A DNA stretch of 64,000 bases from Oikopleura dioica (lineage: Eukaryota > Animalia > Chordata), in the NCBI GenBank assembly GCA_907165135.1, contig OU015567.1, positions 6,696,001-6,760,000 on the forward strand, read 5' to 3'. Position 1 is the first letter of the stretch. Each line of letters opens with the position of its first letter. Positions 11,901 to 27,400 of this stretch are shown piece by piece. Under the pieces are notes generated by a model, which was given only the letters and a program-made list of their open reading frames with translations, was not told the origin of the DNA and did no database searches. A program made the translations under genes and the position numbers.

Positions 11901-13670
11901 GGCACGGATTGTTTGACAGTAGTCGCCATTGTTGTGCGCTAGATTTGAAATTAGGTTAGGGTTGAGATAAGGGTAAGGCTTTGGAAATTGATTGAGATCA
12001 TTGATTGAGGATTGAAAATTTTGCTTACATTGCAGTGCTTCTCTGATCAAATAATCAAGTCCAAGTTGAGAGACAAACTGATCATCCTGCTCCTTGGACG
12101 CAGTAAAGAGCTCAGCGATGACGACAACATCCTTATTTTCATCTCTGGCGCAGTGCAGGAAGAACTCCGCGACGTTGAGCGGCGTTGAGTGACAATTATC
12201 GATTCTAATCGCCGATCCGTGACGTGCCAGCCAGCGAGTGTACTCTTCCATCCGTTTCCAGAGGACGGGGCAGTGTTCAGGCCCATCGCCGTAATTGAGT
12301 TTGATCGAATCATCCCAAGCGCACAGCTCGCGTCGCAGATAAACGTCACATTCCGGATCGCCAGCGAAGTTTTTCAATGGATTCCAATTCATTACCCATC
12401 CGTTGTGCGCTAGAACATTTTTTCGCTTTTCAACGTCTTCCATGATCACTTCTGGGCTGATAGTTGAATCGAGACAATAAAAATAACGAGGGCAGAGTGG
12501 ATTTTCAACGGTTATTGGACCCTTCTTCGGACCGTTTTGATCGAGTCTTTCGTAACGCACCGTTCCGAGAGTGCCATTCACAGCGCTATTTAAATGCTCG
12601 AGCATTTTATCTTCCTCGATTTCATTCAACCAGTCAATTGTGATTTTGAAGTGAGCCAAGGCTTCTTCCGGTCGCAATTCCCTCGCTTTTATAAGATTTC
12701 CAACTCGACTAACTTCATCTCCAAAATCCACTTTTCTTGCAAATTTCTCGCCACGCGCCCATTTCGATTCAAGGGATAGGTTTTTCGGCTTTTCGGGAAC
12801 TGGAATAGGCGAATTTAAAAAGGCAGAAATAGCTTGTTTGAACCGGAGAACTTCAGATTCGACATCGCACTGATAAAATTGATAAAGTAGAAGGCCACGA
12901 AGACGGGAGAGGATCAGCTCTCCTAGTTTCTGTAAATCAGTTTCTGAATGAATTTCAGCCTCGGATTCCGAAAGCTCATTAGAAATAGCTCGAAGTTCAT
13001 GATCGATGAAATAAGCAGGGATGAGATGAAGTGAATTGAAGAGATTGTAGCCGATTTCCGGATTGCTTTTGACCCACTCAGAATTCGTCGCGGTGTGATT
13101 CCAGACAGCATCGTGGACAAATTTGAAAGATGAGGTTTTGAGAAATTCTTCGAGTTCTTTTTGCTCGACGTTGAACGATGGCTCTAATTGCAACTGATCT
13201 GCGATTGAATAGGGACTTTTGCTCGACCCGATCTTTTGCAAGGGCGTAAAATGAACAGCATCGTAGCCTAGCTCTTCTACACGATCGAACACGCCGCCCC
13301 ACTCGGAAAACTGCCCCATCAACTTGGGCATCAAAGTAACGACAGAAGAAGCTTCGAAGGTTTTAGGGGGCGCGATTTTCAAATAACCGGTCAGTTGGCT
13401 TTCTCCATGCTCGTCTATGACGGAAAATTTGTAACTCCCATGACGGCTGGGTCGAAAAACGGCGAAATGATCGTACGCTGACTTCCAAACCGGTGGAGAT
13501 TTCTGCCATTCTAGCGGGCGGAGCTTTCGGTCCGGCGTGTTTTCATCAACTTCGATAAAGATGCCAACTTTTTTGGAAAACAAAACGGATGAAACACAGA
13601 GGGCAACGTCGACTTCGATGTCAAGTATGAAGAGATTCGATTTGACGCGCGTTAGATCCAACCATCTCAT
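8942..13670 (-). CDS. AGL: Glycogen debranching enzyme; exons 13670-9803 and 9360-8942
   Basis: 1307-aa ORF with RIDNCHSTP, AELFT, MDASHDN, RCWGRD and GTWMDKMG. Hand-translated last exon gives ANYHNGPSWVWPLGYFLRA...SPWMGLPELQNENG..CP.SC.IQAWS, the AGL C-terminus. Confidence 0.95.
9400..9778. mobile_element. TTAA-flanked MITE (Kolobok-like) in the AGL intron
   Basis: TTAA at 9396-9399 and 9779-9782; imperfect TIR GAGGGGGGTCGTCAATAT / ATATTGACGACCTCCCC. Purine-starting termini fit Kolobok rather than piggyBac. Confidence 0.7.
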
Positions 13671-13742
13671 ACTAGAAAGAAGAGAAAATCAATTTTGTTT
13701 TTTGGTATTTTGTGACATGAAAGACATTTAAAAATGGGCAGT

Positions 13743-14600
13743 TCAACGCTCCGTTTTCACGGAAGGAGGGGCTGATGATGGTGGTGCTCCGAAAGGAGGC
13801 ATTCCAGGCGGCATTCCTGGCATTCCCGGCATCATCGGTGGCATTCCAGGAGGCATGCCAGGCATTCCCGGCGGCATCATCCCTGGAGGCAGGCGAGGAG
13901 GCATCATACCAGGCGGCATTCGTGGCGGCATTTGCCCGGATGGCATCGACGGCATAATCGGCGGTGCTCTTCCTGGTGAAGTTTTGGGAATAACAGGAGG
14001 TGGACCTGATCCTATGGATCTTGGAATGATTGGCGGTGGAAGGCTTTTCTTTCCAGTCTTCACTTCTTCTTGGTAAATTTTCCATGTTTCTTCGACGAAG
14101 CCGTAGTTGAAGTACTCGCTCAAGTTCGCACCCTTCAGCCTCCATGGTTTTTCGGGAAGGGATTCGACGATGACATCAATAACGGCTTTCCCATCAATGT
14201 CTCCTTTTGTATTCAGATCGATCCCTTTTACGGCATCTTTTTCCTTATTTTCCGCATCGCCATTTTCTACCGCTTTCGCACCATTTTCTTCCGAGTCTTT
14301 TTTCTTATCTGATATTTGCAGTGGGTTTTCATCGCCTAAATGGCCCTGTAGTTGATCAATTTAATGAGAAAATATACCTATTTGGACATTTATATCGTCT
14401 GAATCGTCAGAGTCATAATCTGATTCGGCATTTCTTGAGTCTTGTGAAGATTTCAGCTCTCCGGATTCTAGCGTCGACGCTTCTTGTTCTTGTGAGGGCA
14501 TTTCTACATCACCGTTTCCAGTGGCTTGCGCTTCGTTTTGCGCTTGTTCCTCTTCATAACCTGGCGCATGAACTATTTCTATATTATCATCAACATCCAT
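13743..14600 (-). CDS. FIP1L1: Pre-mRNA 3'-end processing factor FIP1, compact
   Basis: Fip1 motif EKPWRLKGANLSEYFNYGFVEETWKIY, acidic N-terminus, Pro/Met/Gly-rich C-terminus. Confidence 0.88.
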
Positions 14601-15483
14601 TCTAGCGCTTGCTATTAAGAGACTTGCTTTATGAGAGCTTCAGTATTTTTTTTATTTATTTCAGTATTTTTGTCAAAACACTCAACTGTGAAGCTTTTGA
14701 TCACATGCAGAAACATAGAGATAGAAAAAAATAAGATACAGACAAATCCAATTTCAAAAATTCATTATTGAAATTGAGATTTTTTAAAAAACTTGTAAGC
14801 AACTGTAATGTGAAGTAAAGTAGTAAGGCATTGAAGTAGATATTCAAGAAGCTGCGGCTCAATCGTTTTCAAATTCGAAAAAGGGATTTTAATGGGGTTG
14901 ATAAGAGATTTTCGGGGGATTGATAAGAAAAGAAAGAACGCTAAGGCGCGCAAACGAGAACATTTGAAGACATTGCCAAAATCGAGACGGTAGTTTCGAG
15001 TTTAAGGGGCTAGATAAGAAAGAAATCGGTGGCTTCCCAAGAACCAGGTGGAGAAAATCAGGGGCAAAAAAAGTGAACAAATTTCAGGTTTTCTTGTTTG
15101 AGGGGGTGGTTGTGCTTTTCGGGAACTTGGAGGAATGAAATCGGCGATAAAGTCCGTTTTAGAGGTGAATACTTGAATTTTGACGGGCTTGTCAATCAGA
15201 GGTTTTTGTCTGCGTTGATGAAAGAAAATTGAGAAAAGTATAGATGCATCAGAAAAGGCGCGGGTTTCATTGTTGATCGCAATTTGGTGACTTTGATAAG
15301 AAATGCTTTTTAGCTTTTTTGAACTTGCTTTTTGATGTTGATGTTTTGGACTTTGATTTGGACTGGGTTTCTTCAAATCTACAGCATTTCAATTGAATTT
15401 TCAATTCCAGGAGTTTTCGCATTTGTGAATGTGCAGAAAGTTTTTTGATCGTGTTGGACTCGCTGCTTTTTTTACATTTGACT

Positions 15484-18316
<2,833 letters not shown>

Positions 18317-19048
18317 CGGCAAAATCGGCTATCTATTCCGGTGGAGTACCAATCTTCATCCGTGATCATCCGGTGTTGCACCTGCTTTGGCTCTAATCCC
18401 GCTAAAGATTAGCGTTAGTATTATTGATCCCTCTCTTTCTTTCTCTCTATTACACATTCTATCGAGCAACAAACATGTCCACGCTGAAGTCTGCTCAATA
18501 ATTCAGCGTTTAAAATATGAAAGAACTGATTCTTTCAACTAAAATAACTTATAGACACTCACCTGCAAGTAGACCAATCCATCAATTAAAAGATGGCTTG
18601 TGCAATCGCTGGAAATGGGATGGAAGGGTCGGTCAGGCGTTCGATCGGCCGTGGACTAGAGGAATTTATTATTCATTGAAGTGTCTCCCGTATTCATTAA
18701 TATCGAATGAGCTACAAGATTCAGACAAGTTGGGAAGTGGATTCTGGCTTGAGCGCGGTGCTTGAAAATGCCCGGAAACTCAAATTTTTGAAGTACTCAC
18801 GAGTTGAAATTCGAAATGAGAATCTCAAATTTTACACAATCGTCTGGATCGCTACCGACAGCCAGATTAGTATCCCTGCTCTTGCAATTGAACTGCTGTT
18901 TCCGAGAAGACATCTCCACCAAGGACGCGTGACAGATCCAAACTGGACACCGTGAAAGGTTTTTCTCGCTGGTTTACGAGGCCTCGGCCGCCGGAATGGC
19001 TACATTTGGGGCTAATTAACAAAAGTGAATTGACGTCACGAGATTATG

Positions 19049-20090
19049 TTATTTAAAGCTCCTGTCCTGTGAATTTATTTTCGCCGAATGGGCCGCCGTT
19101 TTTATTGTTTTAATCTTCCTTGATGTCGTCTCTTGGATTCTTCTTGTCGTACTCGGGGTTGTACTCTCTGCTAATAATAACGAGGAGTGGCCTCTCTCTG
19201 CACTTGTGGTCTCTGGAGGATTGCTGTTGTTGTTCTCCTTCTTCTTTTGCTCGTCGAATTTCGCACTTTTGCGAACAATTACTTCTGCCTCGGCAACGTC
19301 AGAGTAACCTTTCACCCGCGCTCTGATTTGGCTCTTGAAAAATTAATTCTACTGGGCTTAGCGCGATGCTATTCTTGGGAACACGCTCCCACAAATTTAG
19401 TGTCAGAAGGGGGTACTAAAAGCCAATTCCTGCATCGATAAACACCGCTGTCAGAAGTCGTGACGTTGCTCAAGTGCAGCCGCGAACTGGTCCGTCTTTT
19501 GGTGGGCTTTTCTTTTGCTTACCTCTCTTTGTAAACTTGGGAGATGAAAGCCCAAGTACCTAGTTGCTCTGGTGGAAATCTTCATGGCCAGCGCGTTGCC
19601 CAAACTCTCTGATGATTTAAACTTTACCTGGGTTCGTTTTTTGACGGGCGAGGAGGATAACTCAGCCGTATATAATGACTTGGTTATCCGCCCCACTGAA
19701 TAGTATGATGAATTTTTATCGGCAGGCCAATTTAAACTTCGAATTTAAACGAAGAAATTAAACAAATGAACCCATCACCAAGTTATTTCTGGCGGCGGGA
19801 AATTGAACGTCGTCATTGCTTTTAAAAGAGCTCTTAAGGACTAATTCCATGGAAGAAAAAATGCTTGAATTTTGACACAAAGTGCACTTTGGATCAAATA
19901 TTTATTCTTATGGCAAATCTCTCACGACCCTTACTCTTTGAGGTCGATTTTTAAGCTCTTTCCTGCGCAGCTCAAGTCGATATTTGTGTTTTCTACAGTC
20001 ATAACATCTCTTGGGGAAGAAAAAATCAAAACAGGTCCTGCCATAATTGACAGAAAATCCGCATGCGAGATTGTAAGTGAGGCTGCCCAG
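19049..20090 (-). CDS. Immunoglobulin (I-set-like) domain exons of an unresolved gene or pseudogene
   Basis: Hand translation: PRDVMTVENTNIDLSC (~19990-19950), FPPPEITW (~19800) and SRLHLSNVTTSDSGVYRC/RARVKGYSDVAEAEVIV (19490-19270) are the Ig B, C and F/G strand signatures. Phases between middle exons are not resolved. Confidence 0.55.
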
Positions 20091-20837
20091 AGTAGTTTCG
20101 GAGGCGAGGATTAATTGATTCCCAGTTCAAGTAGTGGATCAGCCACCTGAACACCCGGGCATCATCAATGGGCTAAGAACAATTCCTCGAGCGACTACAA
20201 TAGTCCGCATCGCCTTATCTACTGTTTAATAGAGTGCTTGTATAATCAGAAACTTCAATAACTAATAATGGGTCAAACAAAGCGTCCACTTCGCCCGAGT
20301 TCACCCAAGTTCACTTGTAACAAAGCTTTTCTTCGATCTTGAAGCTGAAAAGTCTCTGAATTGTCCTCTGAAAGGAGCGGCGCTTTGCCGCATGACCATA
20401 AAAGTGTCGAACCCAAGTGCTGCGTTGATTACCAACTAAACATAACTATGTTGTCTTAAATGAACAAAGTAAAAGAGCGCTTTTATTCCTAGTGTCTTCA
20501 AAACTCATAAAACTATCCGTATTCAGAAAAATAAAATAAATGCGAAATATAAAATAATAATAAAATATTTTTAAGGATCTTCTCAAATCTTCATTTTCTA
20601 TTTTCTTTCTTCATTTCCAGATTTCTTCCTTTCAATTTCATTTCCAGATTTCTCCCTTCTTCTTTCATTTCCAGATTTTTGAGTTTCTGGATTTGAGAAA
20701 CCGTAAGATTGGGATTTGCAAAATCTTCTGGAGTTTTTCTAAAAACGGGTGTGGGCGGGGATGGGGACAGGCAGAGTCTGAAACCTCAAATAAGGCGGGA
20801 GACTCTGTCAGTTTGAAATCAGAAATTAGCGCCTAAT

Positions 20838-22740
20838 CGAAGGGCTTCAGATTTTTAGTTGTAGCTGTATCTAGAGATGGATTCACATGCCCGAAGGGCT
20901 TCAGATTTTTAGTTGTAGCTGTATCTAGAGATGGATTCACATGCCCGAAGGGCTTCAGATTTTTAGTTGTAGCTGTATCTAGAGATGGATTCACATGCCC
21001 GAAGGGCTTCAGATTTTTAGTTGTAGCTGTATCTAGAGATGGATTCACATGCCCGAAGGGCTTCAGATTTTAGTTGTAGCTGTATCTAGAGATGGATTCA
21101 CATGCCCGAAGGGCTTCAGATTTTTAGTTGTAGCTGTATCTAGAGATGGATTCACATGCCCGAAGGGCTTCAGATTTTTAGTTGTAGCTGTATCTAGAGA
21201 TGGATTCACATGCCCGAAGGGCTTCAGATTTTTAGTTGTAGCTGTATCTAGAGATGGATTCACATGCCCGAAGGGCTTCAGATTTTTAGTTGTAGCTGTA
21301 TCTAGAGATGGATTCACATGCCCGAAGGGCTTCAGAGGGCTTTTTTAGTTGTAGCTGTATCTAGAGATGGATTCACATGCCCGAAGGGCTTCAGATTTTT
21401 AGTTGTAGCTGTATCTAGAGATGGATTCACATGCCCGAAGGGCTTCAGATTTTAGTTGTAGCTGTATCTAGAGATGGATTCACATGCCCGAAGGGCTTCG
21501 ATTTTAGTTGTAGCTGTATCTAGAGATGGATTCACATGCCCGAAGGGCTTCAGATTTTAGTTGTAGCTGTATCTAGAGATGGATTCACATGCCCGAAGGG
21601 CTTCAGATTTTTAGTTGTAGCTGTATCATGCCCGAAGCTTCAGATTTTTAGTTGTAGCTGTATCTAGAGACATGCCCGAAGGGCTTCAGATTTTTAGTTG
21701 TAGCTGTATCTAGAGATGGATTCACATGCCCGAAGGGCTTCAGATTTTTAGTTGTAGCTGTATCTAGAGATGGATTCACATGCCCGAAGGGCTTCAGATT
21801 TTTAGTTGTAGCTGTATCTAGAGATGGATTCACATGCCCGAAGGGCTTCAGATTTTTAGTTGTAGCTGTATCTAGAGATGGATTCACATGCCCGAAGGGC
21901 TTCAGATTTTTAGTTGTAGCTGTATCTAGAGATGGATTCACATGCCCGAAGGGCTTCAGATTTTTAGTTGTAGCTGTATCTAGAGATGGATTCACATGCC
22001 CGAAGGGCTTCAGATTTTTAGTTGTAGCTGTATCTAGAGATGGATTCACATGCCCGAAGGGCTTCAGATTTTAGTTGTAGCTGTATCTAGAGATGGATTC
22101 ACATGCCCGAAGGGCTTCAGATTTTAGTTGTAGCTGTATCTAGAGATGGATTCACATGCCCGAAGGGCTTCAGATTTTAGTTGTAGCTGTATCTAGAGAT
22201 GGATTCACATGCCCGAAGGGCTTCAGATTTTTAGTTGTAGCTGTATCTAGAGATGGATTCACATGCCCGAAGGGCTTCAGATTTTTAGTTGTAGCTGTAT
22301 CTAGAGATGGATTCACATGCCCGAAGGGCTTCAGATTTTTAGTTGTAGCTGTATCTAGAGATGGATTCACATGCCCGAAGGGCTTCAGATTTTTAGTTGT
22401 AGCTGTATCTAGAGATGGATTCACATGCCCGAAGGGCTTCAGATTTTAGTTGTAGCTGTATCTAGAGATGGATTCACATGCCCGAAGGGCTTCAGATTTT
22501 AGTTGTAGCTGTATCTAGAGATGGATTCACATGCCCGAAGGGCTTCAGATTTTTAGTTGTAGCTGTATCTAGAGATGGATTCACATGCCCGAAGGGCTTC
22601 AGATTTTAGTTGTAGCTGTATCTAGAGATGGATTCACATGCCCGAAGGGCTTCAGATTTTTAGTTGTAGCTGTATCTAGAGATGGATTCACATGCCCGAA
22701 GTCGATTTTAGTTGTTCTAGAGATGGAAAGGGCTTCAGGT
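20838..22740. repeat. Tandem minisatellite, 54-bp unit, about 35 copies
   Basis: Unit CGAAGGGCTTCAGATTTTTAGTTGTAGCTGTATCTAGAGATGGATTCACATGCC; copies differ mainly in T4 vs T5, with a few deleted units near 21330, 21625-21670 and 22700. Confidence 0.98.
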
Positions 22741-24497
22741 TTTAGTAAGATAATTCCTTGAAACTTCTCCATGAAGGAACAACCATTTTAATTTTTATCT
22801 AATTTGGACTATTCGTTCGGAAGCTGAAAAGTCCTTAAGTGCAGTGGAATGACACCGGCTTCGTGTTGAAACACGGGGCGAGGTACCAACCAGCGACTAC
22901 CAACTACTGTATTTGATTATACATCGACAACACCAACGTTCCTTGTTATCTATTTCCTGAAAAACTGACAAAAGTCGGAAACAATAAATCGCTTTGTCTA
23001 TCAATTTATTACTGTTTCTCCAGATAAAGAAATTATGGTCTCGTCTCAGAAACAAATAACTTTTCGATAAATTGATTGATCCACGATTTCAACTCTTCCT
23101 GAAAAGAAATTGACACGCTAAGGCAAAACAAAAAGTATATTTTACCGGCCGATCATTTTCCCTGTCGATGAATTTTACTGTTCATAAATTTTATAAAATT
23201 ATAATTTATACGCCAAAAAACCATTGCAATTTCCGCTTTTTTCAAATTGAAATCAAGGAAGAGATTTTCTCCTCAATTTCAAAAAAGAAAAAGATCTCAA
23301 ATCGATCAATCAAAAATTTTCGGAAGAAGGCTCGTTTGAAAGTTGTTATTTATAAGATGTTTATTTGTTCCTTGTTTTAGCAGTTTATTATGTTGTTGGT
23401 GATTGCGTGTTACAAAATAGTAGTTTCAAGTCCGTTTCGGGTCACTATTTACAGATCATTTTTAAAAATAAAATAAAGTTATTTGTCCTAAAACGGCGAG
23501 TTGCTATTGCTGTACAGGCGAAAGACGCAAATAGAAAATTCAAAATGGAGAAATCGTGAAATTTGAAAGTGAAAAATAAAATAACTCGTCTCAAGAATTG
23601 AAACGGAAATACAGAAGAGTTGAACTTGAGGTGATGCTAGATTGTATTGAGCGAAAGAAAAACGCGCCGCCTCCTCTGCGCTCGTTTGCATAGATGGGTT
23701 AAGCTTAACCCTCCAGGACCAGGGCTCAAAGCGGCGCTCTCCTTGGTCTAGAATTTGTTTAAGTAGAAGGAAGGAACTAGACACAGTACTGCATCAGGAA
23801 GTTACTGATCGAAGTTGGACTGTTGGGCCACTCGCGGGCTCAGAATTCGTTTAACTTTTTATTAATTAATCAATTATTAGCGTGTTAGTGATCAAAGGCA
23901 GTTACTGGCTGCAAAAGAGGTAATGTCAGCTGTACAATCAGAGTATGCGTAGGTGTGTGTGAGCGGGCTTGGACTCTCTTTTTCTAAATAAATAGACCAA
24001 CCGGTTGGGTGGCCGGTCGGCTGGGCGGTTTAGGCACACACAGCTGCGAAAATGAATCGAAATGCTGTTTCCAAATTTGGCACAAATCAAAATCAAACGT
24101 TTTCAGACCCCCTTCTTTCTTCCAAGCCTTCCAAGCAGTTACAGTGCGCAATCCTCCATCAGAACCCGAAGACGAGTCCTTTTCAAGGAGCCACAGTAGT
24201 GGACTGTCTAAAAGACAGATTTTCTAGTAGACAAGCTGTCTAGAAGACATTCATGCTCGAAACGCTTGAATAGATTTTAGGGCAGTCTTGAGGATTTTAA
24301 AATTAAAGCTGATGAAAGATTTTGAGCGCGCGTTGCACAAAGGAAGGATCCGTTAGTGCGAGTCTTGTATTGTAATGGTGACAATAAGGGCGTTACTGAA
24401 GCGATTCGGAATAAGTTAAAAGCGAGAGTTGAAAGTCGAATAAATGCGAAAATTGAAGGGTAAGATTCTAAATATATTAAAACTTTCGGCGGCGCTC

Positions 24498-27400
24498 TCA
24501 AAGCTCGTCGCTTTCCTCCATTGTGTAGCGATTCCAGAGGTTGTACCACTGCTGCTGCAGCCGCGTCTCCCAGAAGTCCAGGTCGCGCGAGAACTGGTCT
24601 TCCACCAAGTCGCGATTTGATAGATCGGCTTTTGATAACTCACTGATTTAGGGCTTCGGATACTGTTTTATCGACAGAAAAGGAATAGGGGAGCAAAAAT
24701 AGGTCAAAGGATGCCATTGAAGAAGAGCTTTACCGTCTATTTCTATTTCGTAATTATGATTTATGAAGCTACGATAAGTGAATAATGGGTTCTGTCAAAA
24801 TGGGTCTGACGGAGTAGCGATAATCGCGTTCCGCTCGCATGTTATACAAGAAATACAAGTAAATTGGTGTCAATCTTGATTTGGTGCTTGGTGGAGTTGC
24901 CTGGGGCAACACCATTAAAGATAATGGCGGGCGCGGTGGCGATGAAGCACGGCGGGCGAAAAGCACGTGCGCGTGCTGGAGACAGCACCACCCGGCACCC
25001 AAAGCAACGAACCAAAACGCCAACGATGAAAAATGGAACCTCCTTCGTTCATTTGATCGATTACGGAACGTACTTGTCGCTCACTGGAGTCAAAGCGGCG
25101 CGCACGTGATTCGTTTACCCGACGAAAAAATACCGCAAAGTCAGTTCTAGTGGCACTCCGAAAAAGGAAGTTTGATTGTGTAATGTTTTATCTTGAAATC
25201 TTAAGAAAAAATCTTCAAATTTTTGAATTCAAAAAGAACTTTTTTTCTTTAAAGATGAATAAAAAATTAAGGGTGTCAATATGCTAAATCTTGAAAAAAA
25301 CCTGAAAATTGGGTAGACGGCAGGTTCACGTCTTTATAAAGAATGATTCTTTTTTCAAAGAATGATTCTTTTTCGCAAAGAATCATTCTTTTTGGGGCTT
25401 CTGAAAAAGATGCTGTAAAAGAAATTCAAAATTTAAGAAGCAATTTCTCGTTAGAGAAAAAGATTAAGGAGGGAGAGTGCGCTTCGCGCCAGCTTTATAA
25501 AAAGTCCAGAGATATTTTAAGTCAAGAATTTAAAAAAATGGAAAAAACAGTTTTTATGTCATTTTTCTCTAGAACATTGAAAAAAAGAATCATTCTTTAT
25601 AAAGACGTGAACCTGCCGTCAACGTGAAAATTGTTCCAAAACGAATCTTGGAGTTTGGAGACCAAATCTGCTAAATCTCCAAATGGAGGTATTTTGCTTA
25701 GGATAGATAACAAGCCTAACCCCAAGTTAAAACAAGCGATGACCTTATTCCCAAGTTAGATTGTGGCGTGGCTGCTATTTTCCCGCTCAGGCCTCCTTGA
25801 CCGCTGAAGTGTCTGAGTGCACTTCTTAGGGTTCTTAGCTGTATCGAAGCCCGTAACAAAAACAATACTGACAGCCGTCCAGATCGTCCTTGCATGTTTT
25901 CCTCCCATTCGAGCAGAAGCTGAGCGAGGCTGATGAGCACGATGAGTTGTCGTCGGTCTTGATGCCCGATCGTTGCTGATTTTGCGTTAAATAAATATTT
26001 ACAGAAATCGCCGGTTCAGGAGACAGAATATTTAGACACAAGTCGGTGATAATCAAACCCAGCGGGCGATTTAATCGCTCTAAAAGCCAAAAAATATCCA
26101 ATTTCTTATTGAAAAAAATATGCAAAAATATACTTTTAGCTTAACTTAAAAAAATGAAAATTGATTAATTTTATGGGCGATGAAAATATTTATAATCAAA
26201 ATTCGCGAAATTAAACGGTCGATGCTTTAAGAATAAACGGTTGAATCAGGGGGCTCCGGCAATTATCGTCGTAAAAGTCGTGTTAAAAGTCAAAAGAAAT
26301 TTCCAAAAGTCAATATCTAGTATCTAAGGCGACAGCGAGTCTAGGCTGTCACAGGAAATTAAAGGGGGATCTGCGCTCACGCCAATTGACATTGGCGTGG
26401 TCGACCGACAAAAAAAGGCAAAAGGCGAGTCGGGTGGAGGAATTCCACAAGCACTTCCGGAATTTATCCCTCGTTCCGCAACGGTTTTGCCGCGCGGTTC
26501 TTATTCTAACCCGGCGAAAAAATAAACGAATCAAAAGCCAGATATTTAATTGACCAACGGATGGAGCTGCTAATTTGATCAGAGTAATTGTTGAAAATAG
26601 TAGATTACAAACCGCGCGGTTGTCCTCAAGCCGGGTCACTTAACCACTATTCGCCAAAGTGCTAATTTAACGCTGAAAAGGGCATCGGTCTCTATTTTCC
26701 GCCGCCCGGCGACAGAAATAATGATGATGATGACACAGTGTATATGAACTTGCTCTGTTATTATAGATTTAACGCGTGCCTGATAGACTTTCATAACATT
26801 GAGCCAGTCGTTGAAAATGGCGGCCCGCCAGTTCATAAAAGTGTCGAACCATCGCTCGTACTGCTCCTCGTCTGCGTCTGGTGGTGGGCCAGATGGTGCT
26901 CGCGCCGGTATCGTTGATCCAGTCGACGTTGTCGTCGCAGTCGTCGCTGTTGATGTCGTCACAGTGGTCGACGATTCCGTCGTTGGTTCGATCATTGGCT
27001 CAGTTGTTGTGGGAACAATTGTTGTTGGAATCTCAGTCGTGTCATCTGGACAGTTTAATTCGTCGCTGCCGTCCAAGCAATCTGCAATTTTGTCGCAAAC
27101 CTATAAATGAATAGAAATCTTGGAGGGCAGTTTCAATACGTACCACATCAACTGGAACTCGGTCACCATTTGCACAAGTGAAAAAGTCACCGCTATCGAC
27201 TGTCGGAGCTGCTGTAGTGAACGAAGGAAAGACGAGAGACTCTGTCGTGACATCTGGGAAGAGTGGAAGACCTTCTGTAGTGAAAGATGGGAACGGCGTC
27301 GTTTGGAAGTCCGGGAAGACCAATCCTTCAGTAGTCGCGGGGAAGATTCCTCCGAATGGATCAGCAGTTGTAGCTGGAAAGAGCAAGTCTGGTAGACCAG

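Noticed and set aside
9825-12779. Plus-strand and alternate-frame ORFs overlapping AGL
   Set aside because: Shadow ORFs of a long coding exon; no motifs.
20833-22449. ORFs of repeated NPSLDTATTKNLKPFGHV or FTCPKGFRFLVVAVSRDG
   Set aside because: By-products of a 54-bp unit; frequent T4/T5 indels break the frames and no flanking exon context is visible.
20838-22740. CRISPR-like array
   Set aside because: Units are head-to-tail with no unique spacers, there are no cas genes, and the context is eukaryotic.
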